The translations under genes were made by a program, and so were the position numbers. The notes under the pieces are model-generated. The model saw only the letters and a list, made by a program, of their open reading frames with translations. It did not search any database and was not told where the DNA came from. Positions 23,375-31,308 of a stretch of DNA of 32,000 nt are shown here, in pieces; position 1 is the first letter of the stretch, and each line of letters begins with the position of its first letter. This DNA comes from Hyperthermus butylicus DSM 5456. Its GTDB lineage: Archaea; Thermoproteota; Thermoprotei_A; Sulfolobales; Pyrodictiaceae. The stretch covers positions 780,001 to 812,000 of the forward strand of contig NC_008818.1 of assembly GCF_000015145.1 (NCBI RefSeq), read 5' to 3'.

Positions 23375-25198
23375 TCATGCTGGCTGGGTTCCTGCTTGCT
23401 TCTTAATCATTTGCAGTCCGCGGACGAAGAGGTATAATAGCACTAGATCTAGCGCGAGCGATATCGCAACGATGCTGCCTGCGCCGTACTTCTGTATCGG
23501 CGGGTACTTTGGCGCAACGTATACCAGCCACCAGAACAGAGCTACCGTCACTGTTATCCATAGGAACCATGCTGGCACTTGTATTAGCCAGGTGACTTTG
23601 CCACGCACCTTGAGTATGGCGTATACCCACAGGGCGCTGGTTAGTAGTGCTAGTGCTGCTAGTAGCTGGTTGGTGCCAGCGAAGGCAGGCCATATGATGT
23701 TATATGCTGGCTGTAACTTGCCACCAATCATTACGTATGGATAGGCTAGCACGAAGCCTATAGCTGCTGCTATGAAGCTTGCCGAATACCTGTTAGCGAT
23801 AAGCTTGTATGCTGAGCGGCTCCTCTCCTCTAGCCAGTCGAACATCTCCTGCCACGCGAACCTGGCAAGCCTTGTTGCAGTGTCAAGCGTTGTTAGAATG
23901 AATGATGCTAGAGCTACTGCCGCAAAACTTGCCATCACCTTGCCGACAGTGTCTAGGCTGCCGAACGCCTTACCAACCATGTAGCCGTAGCCATAGATGA
24001 ACCTCTGAACCTTATCGAGAGCTAGTATGCCACCCTCCTGGTAGTCCGGTATGAGGTTAGCCTTGCCTGCCGCCTCTAGCAGCTTGGGGAAGTCTGGCTG
24101 ACTCCATGCCAACGCTATCGGGATGATAACTGCAAAGCTTGAAACAGCACCTTCAGTTAGCATGCCACCATAACCCACTAGTAGCGCATCAAGCTCGTTT
24201 GCTAGCTGCTTGCTCGTAGTACCGCTCGCCACGACACTGTGGAAGCCGCTTAGAGCGCCACAAGCGATTATCAAGACTATTGCTGGCCAGAATGGCGTCT
24301 CTACTCCCACGAAGATTTTGGGAGCAAAGCTGGTGTATGCTGGAGCGCTGAACTTGTAGGTGAATACGCCTAGGACTCCTATCAAGCTTATGATTACGAA
24401 GCTCCATAGCAGGTAGGCGTTGAGGTAGTCGCGTGGCTGTAGTAGGTACCAGACCGGCAGCACGCTAGCTACAAAGGCATAGGCTGCTAGGAGGATTACC
24501 CAGAAGTGGTAGGAGTCTATGGTGAAGCCCAGGAAGCTTATCGTCGGCAGATAGAATGGATACTTCATTGCATACGCTATGCCGAGCACCAGGATTAGTG
24601 CTATTATTGCAGTACTCTTAACGGTGCCCAGTCCCGTCCTATACATGAGTATGCCCAGCATCACTGCCAGCGGCATGTATATCATGGCTACCGTGGCTGC
24701 CTCAGGTGTTCCAGCAAGTACCTTTGCTGCAACGCTTAGGAAGGCTCCTATGACTAGGATTAGCGCTGCATAGACGTATGCTAGGAAGATATACCTAGCC
24801 TTGCGGCCCATAACGTTCTCGGAGACCGACATTATCGATACTCCGCCGTGCCTCACGCTAGCCATCAATGCTAGGTAGTCGTGGACAGCGCCGATGAACA
24901 CGTTGCCAAAGAGAACCCATATTATTGGCAGTAGCCAGCCATAGGCCATCGCTATGGCTGGTCCTACTATGGGGCCTGCGCCGGCGATACTGGCAAAGTG
25001 ATGACCGTAGAGCACATACTTGTTCGCCGGCACATAATCTACACCGTCAAACTTGGCAAGTGCTGGCGTCTTCCTCGTAGGATCAGCCCTTACAACCTTC
25101 TGCTCTAGGAGCTTTTTACCGTAGAATACGTAGGCTAGAACGTAAATTACGATGATTATTGAGGCTGTAATACCTGCGGTTGCGAGCGCCACGGTCAC
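23375..25198 (-). CDS. cstA: carbon starvation protein CstA (peptide/pyruvate transporter family)
   Basis: 607 aa with a GTG start, polytopic. It has the signature GHHFASIAGAGPIVGP. Confidence 0.9.
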   Translation of the reverse strand: MTVALATAGITASIIIVIYVLAYVFYGKKLLEQKVVRADPTRKTPALAKFDGVDYVPANKYVLYGHHFASIAGAGPIVGPAIAMAYGWLLPIIWVLFGNVFIGAVHDYLALMASVRHGGVSIMSVSENVMGRKARYIFLAYVYAALILVIGAFLSVAAKVLAGTPEAATVAMIYMPLAVMLGILMYRTGLGTVKSTAIIALILVLGIAYAMKYPFYLPTISFLGFTIDSYHFWVILLAAYAFVASVLPVWYLLQPRDYLNAYLLWSFVIISLIGVLGVFTYKFSAPAYTSFAPKIFVGVETPFWPAIVLIIACGALSGFHSVVASGTTSKQLANELDALLVGYGGMLTEGAVSSFAVIIPIALAWSQPDFPKLLEAAGKANLIPDYQEGGILALDKVQRFIYGYGYMVGKAFGSLDTVGKVMASFAAVALASFILTTLDTATRLARFAWQEMFDWLEERSRSAYKLIANRYSASFIAAAIGFVLAYPYVMIGGKLQPAYNIIWPAFAGTNQLLAALALLTSALWVYAILKVRGKVTWLIQVPAWFLWITVTVALFWWLVYVAPKYPPIQKYGAGSIVAISLALDLVLLYLFVRGLQMIKKQAGTQPA

Positions 25199-25199
25199 C

Positions 25200-25436
25200 T
25201 CACCTCTCAGCCTGAAGCCTCTTCCCTATACTGGCTGGAGCAGTACCAAAGGCTAGTGCTGGGCCTATGAGGAGGCTAAACCAGCCGATTATTATTGCTG
25301 CAGTATCAGCTGTCATTCTCTCCTCGGAGCCTAGATATCCCTTGGATGGACCAGTAGCGAAGGCGTAGATGAACAGTATTACCCCCAGCGTTATCAGTAG
25401 GTATCCGAGCAATCTAACCGCTTGGCTCTGAGCCAT
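25200..25436 (-). CDS. small two-TM membrane protein upstream of cstA
   Basis: The ORF is open to 25475, with ATG at 25436 giving MAQSQAVRLLGYLLITLGVILFIYAF...IIIGWFSLLIGPALAF. Its stop lies 1 nt before the cstA GTG, so the two are tightly coupled. Confidence 0.55.
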   Translation of the reverse strand: MAQSQAVRLLGYLLITLGVILFIYAFATGPSKGYLGSEERMTADTAAIIIGWFSLLIGPALAFGTAPASIGKRLQAER

Positions 25437-25679
25437 CCGTACACGCCCCCGGTTCACAGCAGTATGCCAAAGCATTTCCTTGTGTTTGTTCGCGATTGTA
25501 CAGCTTATTAAAAATTATCCTAGATTTGTTAAAGGCGTATACTATTTGTGAAACCGGTCTGAAGTAGGCAGTAGCTCGAGGACAGGCGATACTACTCTTA
25601 CCCCTGGTGTGCCGCATAGTAGCCTAATAGACTGTAGCCATATTGCTGGTTTATCGCTGGAGGAGCTGGGTGTAGGCAG

Positions 25680-26339
25680 TTGAGCAGCATACTAATGCTC
25701 TACATCATAGCTATTGCTGCTGCTGTATCAGTTGTATGGTTCTTCCACATAAGGCGCGTCATGCTGATGAGGATGAGGGGGCTCGTATCCCTACTCGAGA
25801 GGAGTTTCAGACCGAGGGATACACAGTACATGCTTCTAGGCTACCTTGTCGGGTTCCGCGCAGAATACCTGCTCGGCGACGGGCCAGCTTCTAGGGCTTG
25901 GATACTCTACACAACCCCGCCCTACCACGTGTTCTTCTATCTCCCAGTCATAAGCCTGGGCAAGCGTAGGGAGAAGCTTGAGATAACACTGCGGCTCCGC
26001 AGCCCCTTGCCAGGAGAGGCCCATATCTATGATCCCGGTGACCGTGGCGTTGTGAGGGCCGTAGTGGCTGACACCGCTGGTGCTGGCCGGAGGCTCTATC
26101 GTGGGACAGTGAGTATTGCTGGCCGCGAATTAGAGGCACTCTATAGCGGCGACATAGCGCTCGCCAAAGCCAAGAGCCTCTTCGAGGAGCTTGTTGCCGC
26201 CGGCGTGGATGTTAGGAGGGTATCCATAGTTGATCGGCTCCATGCACTCCATGTCTCAGTGGTACCCCAGCTGGATACCGTTGAGGAGCTTGTTAAACGG
26301 GTGATGGGGTTCGCTGGAGAGCTACAGTCTAGCCGTTGA
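25680..26339 (+). CDS. hypothetical N-terminally membrane-anchored protein
   Basis: 219 aa, with a TTG start (or ATG 25695). It has a single N-terminal TM segment (LYIIAIAAAVSVVWFF) and a soluble domain of unknown family. Confidence 0.6.
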   Translation: MSSILMLYIIAIAAAVSVVWFFHIRRVMLMRMRGLVSLLERSFRPRDTQYMLLGYLVGFRAEYLLGDGPASRAWILYTTPPYHVFFYLPVISLGKRREKLEITLRLRSPLPGEAHIYDPGDRGVVRAVVADTAGAGRRLYRGTVSIAGRELEALYSGDIALAKAKSLFEELVAAGVDVRRVSIVDRLHALHVSVVPQLDTVEELVKRVMGFAGELQSSR

Positions 26340-26343
26340 AGGC

Positions 26344-27303
26344 TTAGTTGTAGAGCTTGATGGACGCACCATACTCCGTGGAGTAGATCTCGCTGCTGAG
26401 CGTAATGACTACCTTGTTGTTCTGGGACCTAGCGGCTCGGGTAAAACCACGCTGCTCCGTGCTATAGCTGGGCTCGTACCGGCTGCGAAGGGCAGGATAC
26501 TGATCCAGGGGAGGGATGTTACCAGGCTACCACCTTGGGAGCGAGACGTTGCCCTGGTACAGCAGATACCTGGGCTCCTCCCCCACCTCACGGTTGAGGA
26601 GAACATTGTACTGGCGGCTATTAGCCGTACTGGGCTCCCAAGGAGCGAGGCGCGGAGGAGAGCTAGGGAGCTAGCTGAGATCCTGAGAATAATGGATGTC
26701 CTCAACCGGAAGCCGGGGAGCCTCAGTGGCGGCCAGCTACAGCGTGCAGCTATAGCACTCGCACTCGCCATGGAGCCCTCCCTGCTACTCCTCGACGAGC
26801 CCCTAAGCCACCTCGACCGCCCACTAGCCGAGGAACTCCGGGGGGTGCTTAGAAGGCTGCACCGCGACTACGGTATAACGATAGTACACGTGACCCATGA
26901 CCAAGACGAGGCTCTGGCGCTTGCCACGAGAATAGCGATAATGAGGAGCGGCAAGATAATAGCATTTGGGGAGGCACCTACTATATACTATAGGCCGCCT
27001 AGCCCCGAAGCCGCAAGATTTCTCGGCCACAACTTGGTTGACGCCCACCTCCTCGGCCAAGGCGAGGGAGTAATAGCCATACCTCCGGAGGCCATTGAGC
27101 TGGGGAGCGGAGAGTACGAGGCAACCATAGCTTCCGTTGAGGTTGAGAGGGGCCGTTACACTATGAGGCTGCTGGTTAACAACACCGTGGAGCTTAGAGC
27201 ATACGTTCACCCGCTAAGGGCAAAGAGGCTGAGGCCCGGCACGAAAACCCGCTTTAATATAGACTGGAGCCTTACAATCACATACCCGGCTGAGACAAAG
27301 TGA
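26344..27303 (+). CDS. ABC transporter ATP-binding protein (CysA/ModC/PotA-like with TOBE-like C-terminus); start codon unresolved
   Basis: The frame is open from 26305. Walker A GPSGSGKT is at 26425-26448. LSGGQ is at 26722-26736. Walker B is LLLLDEP and the H-loop is VTHD. The first in-frame ATG/GTG/TTG is only at 26692, downstream of Walker A. 26344 is a TTA codon at the position expected for the start. Confidence 0.7.
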   Translation, partial: LVVELDGRTILRGVDLAAERNDYLVVLGPSGSGKTTLLRAIAGLVPAAKGRILIQGRDVTRLPPWERDVALVQQIPGLLPHLTVEENIVLAAISRTGLPRSEARRRARELAEILRIMDVLNRKPGSLSGGQLQRAAIALALAMEPSLLLLDEPLSHLDRPLAEELRGVLRRLHRDYGITIVHVTHDQDEALALATRIAIMRSGKIIAFGEAPTIYYRPPSPEAARFLGHNLVDAHLLGQGEGVIAIPPEAIELGSGEYEATIASVEVERGRYTMRLLVNNTVELRAYVHPLRAKRLRPGTKTRFNIDWSLTITYPAETK

Positions 27304-28094
27304 AGCACCCTAGGGGGAGGAGGCTCTACATAATCTTAGCATTTGCACTGGTAGCCGTAGCTGCGGCTAGGTATGCTGTGCTGGTGCATACTGCTAGTAG
27401 CTCGCTTGCAGGCTTCTTCGGCAACGGGTTCTGCGATCCGGGCAGCTGCGCCTTCTATATAGAAACCAAGGGCATACTGAAGAGCTTAGACATAAGATTC
27501 TCCAGTGAATGCGTTAAGGCCCATATGCCGGGCTATGGTGTCCCCGTGGACGAGTATCTCGAGGCAAAACTGTGGAGGCTAAATAGCAGCACCTACCGTA
27601 TCGTAGTCAAGACAACACCACACACATACCTGGACTACGTTGTGGAGACTAGTCCTTGCACGAGGCCCCGTGGCAATCCAGTTCAACTTGTCTATACCCG
27701 GGGGCTGATGGTGAGAGCTAGGACTGTTGCACCGGTAGAGCTCGAGGACGTCGTGCCCACCGCCTGGTACGCCTACACCATACTGGTGAGTTTTAATGGG
27801 AGCTGTAGCCTCAGCATAAAGCTGTACGCGTTCCAGGACCGTGTGGCGTGGGAGACTGTTCGCGAGGGACAGACCAACACTTCAACACTACTAGTGCCTG
27901 CTGGTGGCGCATTGGATGTGGAGGGTTATGGGCCAGAGTATACTAAGCTCGTGCTTGTAAACTACTCGGATACGAACTGCACAGCAACCGTTAGGGTCTA
28001 CCGCGTCCCCGCTGTAAAGGTTGGAGCAGTATTCGAGGACTATAATGTAACGCTCTCCCTGCCACTGCTTACAGGGCTCCCAGCTGGCAGATAG
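27300..28094 (+). CDS. membrane-anchored/secreted protein with multiple N-glycosylation sequons, unknown function
   Basis: 264 aa. Its GTG start overlaps the ABC stop (GTGA). It has an N-terminal signal/anchor (LYIILAFALVAVAAA), several Cys and at least 6 N-x-S/T sequons (NSS, NGS, NTS, NYS, NCT, NVT). Confidence 0.65.
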   Translation: MKHPRGRRLYIILAFALVAVAAARYAVLVHTASSSLAGFFGNGFCDPGSCAFYIETKGILKSLDIRFSSECVKAHMPGYGVPVDEYLEAKLWRLNSSTYRIVVKTTPHTYLDYVVETSPCTRPRGNPVQLVYTRGLMVRARTVAPVELEDVVPTAWYAYTILVSFNGSCSLSIKLYAFQDRVAWETVREGQTNTSTLLVPAGGALDVEGYGPEYTKLVLVNYSDTNCTATVRVYRVPAVKVGAVFEDYNVTLSLPLLTGLPAGR

Positions 28095-28101
28095 GCTTGA
28101 G

Positions 28102-28812
28102 CTAGTGGAGGCTGAGCCCGCCAAGCTTGTCCCCTAGGAGGCTTGCAGCGTAGCCTAGGGCTAGTCCGGCTGCTACATCTGCAACGTAGTGGTTTGCTGT
28201 GTAAACTGTGGCAAACGACATTGACGCTACCCAGGCCACTGCTACCAGGAGGGAGCGCCTCGAGCCCCCGTATAGTTTGACATAGTAGTAGCCAAAGATC
28301 ACCGCCATCCCAACATGCATGCTTGGCATTGCAGCATAGGGGTTAGGATCTATCCGAGCCCCCATAACAAGCTCAACCAGCTTTAGCACGAGGTTGGGAG
28401 GCCTCTCAATACATGGCAATGCTATCCAAGGCGGCGCCGTAGGTGATAGTACGTAGACAGTTATAGCTACAGCGCTCGCTACTAGGAATGCTGCTAGCAG
28501 CCTACGGAAAAGCTTGGGTTCGCGAAAGGCTAGGAGCACTGCGAAGGCGAAGAAGTAGACGGGGTGTAGGGCGTAGACTATGCCTGTATAGATGTCGAGT
28601 ACTAGGAGCCGGTGAAACTGAAAGTACACCGCGAGTGGAACCCCGAACAACGCAACTTCAAGGTCTACGTAGGGAGCGTAGACAGCATAGCTCTGGAGGC
28701 GGAACGCAATACCACGAGCCATCTCGTACCCGGCGTAGGCTAGGACGAATGGAACCATGTAGAGTAGTACGCGCAAATACGGTCTATCCAGCCGCAGCTT
28801 CCACATGTTCAC
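28102..28812 (-). CDS. PAP2-superfamily membrane protein (PAP2_C / inositol-phosphorylceramide-synthase-like)
   Basis: 236 aa with about 6 TM segments. It has MPSMHVGMAV and ANHYVADVAAG, the PSxH and H..D motifs of the PAP2-like branch. Confidence 0.7.
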   Translation of the reverse strand: MNMWKLRLDRPYLRVLLYMVPFVLAYAGYEMARGIAFRLQSYAVYAPYVDLEVALFGVPLAVYFQFHRLLVLDIYTGIVYALHPVYFFAFAVLLAFREPKLFRRLLAAFLVASAVAITVYVLSPTAPPWIALPCIERPPNLVLKLVELVMGARIDPNPYAAMPSMHVGMAVIFGYYYVKLYGGSRRSLLVAVAWVASMSFATVYTANHYVADVAAGLALGYAASLLGDKLGGLSLH

Positions 28813-29882
28813 ACCAATCTCTTAGCACCACTAAGCTTGGAGGTGTCCAGGTAGCGCTGAGCCCTCTTCCACCGGGGCCCGAGGATGTTCCGGAGCCTTT
28901 CAAGGGTTAGCTCGCCCTTCTCTCTGAACTCAACTATCCTCCTAGCAGTCCTAGGCCCAATACCCGGAACCCTCAACAACTCTCTAAACTTCGCGGTGGT
29001 AGGATCCACCGGATACCACTCAGGATGAGCCCATGCAAGCCGATCCTTCAGCCTCGCCGTATCGGGAGGAATGTTTCCCTGCTCGTCCAGGAGCGGCTCA
29101 AAATCCCCCAGCTTGAATCCATACCTTGACAGCAGCATCCAGGCCTCGTAGAGCTGCCTAATCCTCCACATCGGCGTAGGCCTCCGTATCTTCTCGGCGA
29201 GCGGTGTTCCGGGCACGGGGGTATAGGGGCTGAAGTGCATAATGCCAACACCGCTTGCAGCGAGGCCCTCAGCGAGCCGTAGAATGTCGAGGTCGGATTC
29301 GCCACTAGCACCAACAACCAGCTGCGTGTCTACACGCTGCGGGCTACCTGCTACACGAGCAGCATAGAGGAGCTTACTGAGAAGGTCGAGGCTCCAGCTA
29401 CCCTTGCTCGGCGCTATCTCTGCAAACTGGGTAGGCGATGGAGCTTCAAGGTTTAGTCCGACACGGTCAGCGAGCCTCAAAGCTTCACGGATAAGACTCG
29501 GCGGAGTACCAGGCATGAGCCGTACATGAATGTAGCCGCTGTAGCCTCTCCTCCTAAGCTCCCAAACAACACTCAACAAGTCCTCAACAACACGCTCTGG
29601 ATCACCGTAGAAGCCGCTACTTAGAAACAAACCCCTCACGAGACCCCGACGGTAAGCCTCAAGGAAGACCCGAACCAGCCTTTCAAGTTTCCAAGCCTCG
29701 CGGCGAACACGACAAGTAGTAGAGAGTGGACAATAGCGACAGTCCATCCGGCAAGCACTACTCAACAACGTCTTGAATAACGGACCCCCCGTACTGCGAT
29801 ACACTGGGATTTCTACACGCTCGAAGCGCTCAGCACCCTCCACTAAAATGCTCGGACTGCGCCACTTCCAGCTCCAAGCCAC
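28809..29882 (-). CDS. radical SAM protein with C-terminal helix-hairpin-helix (COG4277-like putative DNA modification/repair enzyme)
   Basis: 357 aa. It has CRMDCRYCP (CxxxCxxC, nt 29730-29753) and a C-terminal LLRVPGIGPRTARRIV HhH motif. The start is uncertain, with GTG 29843 as an alternative. Confidence 0.8.
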   Translation of the reverse strand: MAWSWKWRSPSILVEGAERFERVEIPVYRSTGGPLFKTLLSSACRMDCRYCPLSTTCRVRREAWKLERLVRVFLEAYRRGLVRGLFLSSGFYGDPERVVEDLLSVVWELRRRGYSGYIHVRLMPGTPPSLIREALRLADRVGLNLEAPSPTQFAEIAPSKGSWSLDLLSKLLYAARVAGSPQRVDTQLVVGASGESDLDILRLAEGLAASGVGIMHFSPYTPVPGTPLAEKIRRPTPMWRIRQLYEAWMLLSRYGFKLGDFEPLLDEQGNIPPDTARLKDRLAWAHPEWYPVDPTTAKFRELLRVPGIGPRTARRIVEFREKGELTLERLRNILGPRWKRAQRYLDTSKLSGAKRLV

Positions 29883-30180
29883 AAACTACCAGCCCAGCCC
29901 TATCCTCTACACGGGTGATACCAGGTATAGCCTTCCCGCCATGACGGTTTACCAGCACAGAATAGTGTGGGCCAAGATCTGGGTTGTAGCTTAAAGCCCA
30001 AGTTTTCTCCTTTGGAATATGGGCATCTCTTTTAGAGGCTCCTAGATACATCGCGGCGACGAGGACTAAACCTGCATCATCTACCTCGAGGCCACCAGCC
30101 TTGTGGGCTTCGAGTAAGTGATCACCGTTTGTGTAGACGGTTAGTTGGTCCGACACCCTATTCCAGCCTTGCACCATCAT
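29830..30180 (-). CDS. hypothetical protein (116 aa)
   Basis: This ORF fills the thrB / radical-SAM gap and overlaps both neighbours (23 nt and 14-53 nt). Codon usage looks coding. I recognise no family. Confidence 0.45.
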   Translation of the reverse strand: MMVQGWNRVSDQLTVYTNGDHLLEAHKAGGLEVDDAGLVLVAAMYLGASKRDAHIPKEKTWALSYNPDLGPHYSVLVNRHGGKAIPGITRVEDRAGLVVCGLELEVAQSEHFSGGC

Positions 30181-31107
30181 AGTCCACGTCTACGACTCTA
30201 GCCTCCAGAGACCCCCAATACTTCTCTAGCACGGCTGAGACCCTTCTCATAACCTGGTCCTCCTCACCCTCCCTTACAACTGCGAAGAGGGTTGGTCCTG
30301 CGCCGCTTATGTTGAATGCTAGCGCGCCTGACTGGAGAGCCTCCTTCTTGGCTTCCCAATAGCCTGGAATCAGCTTTGCCCGTGTCGCCTCAATTGGACC
30401 TCCATAATTTATTGTCTTTATTGCTTCGTATGGATCTGCACCGCTGAGGCCGAGGGCTAATGCAACCGCCTTTTCTACCCATTCAACTGCATCGCTGTGC
30501 TCTATAGTTTCTGGGAGAACCTCCCTCATAACTTGTGTTTTAGCCTTTCCAGGCAACAGTCTTAACACCATTGTCTTCGGGATAAAGAGGACTATTCTCA
30601 TGCCTGGCGGTAGTCTTAGCCGTGCTATTCTCGGTTTTTTACGGTTTAGCAGAATGACCAAACCACCCAGTAGGCTGGCAGCAACGTTATCGTAGTGTGG
30701 TGCACCCGCTGTCAGCGCCTCAGCAAGGCCAGCAAATCGTACTAGCTCTATCGGCTCGAGAGGACTACCAAGGAGCGCGTTGATAGCGTACACCGTGGCT
30801 GCCGCTGTAGCACCACTACTCCCGAGACCCATGCCGGGCGGTATGCCCTTCTCAACAGTATACGTACATGAAGCTTCTCATCTAGATACTCTAGCAGTTT
30901 GCGGGCTGCCACGTATGCCGTGTTAGACTCACCACTAGGTGCACCAACAGCTTCAACTTCAACTCTCGGCTCTGAAGATTGTCTCCCAACAACTTCAACG
31001 GTGACTGTGTCGTATGCATAGCTCACAGCAAGTGCTGCAAGGTCGAAGAGTACGCCTAGATTAGCAATGCTTGATGGTGCTTTAACTCTCACCCTGGATA
31101 CTGTCAT
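30158..31107 (-). pseudogene. thrB: homoserine kinase (GHMP family) interrupted by a frameshift
   Basis: The N-terminal ORF reads MTVSRVRVKAPSSIANLGVLFDLAALAV.... The C-terminal ORF starts inside the GHMP motif, (EKGIPPG)MGLGSSGATAAA. Family-like sequence changes frame between 30854 and 30877: ...LDEKLHVRI / TVEKGIPPGMGLGSS. The downstream frame is -1. Confidence 0.85.
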
Positions 31108-31308
31108 TGCAGTGCACACCTATGGTATGCTAGGCCTTACTCGCTACCGGTAATTTGAACCTTTCTTATGGAGTTAGCCGGGAGACCATATAGAGCCAGA
31201 GCCACTGTAGGGCAATGATTGTAGATAGCATACTGCCCGTATGCTGACACGTGCTATCCTCATAAAAACATCTAGATAACCTATGCACCAGTGTAACCGG
31301 TGGCAGGC

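Noticed and set aside
26409-26771. 120-aa minus-strand ORF opposite the ABC ATPase, and similar shadow ORFs (4038-4343, 8388-9046, 14108-14440, 17585-17914, 18423-18824, 23352-23744, 31647-31994)
   Set aside because: All are antisense or out of frame to genes with clear motifs, have biased low-complexity composition and show no recognisable motifs.
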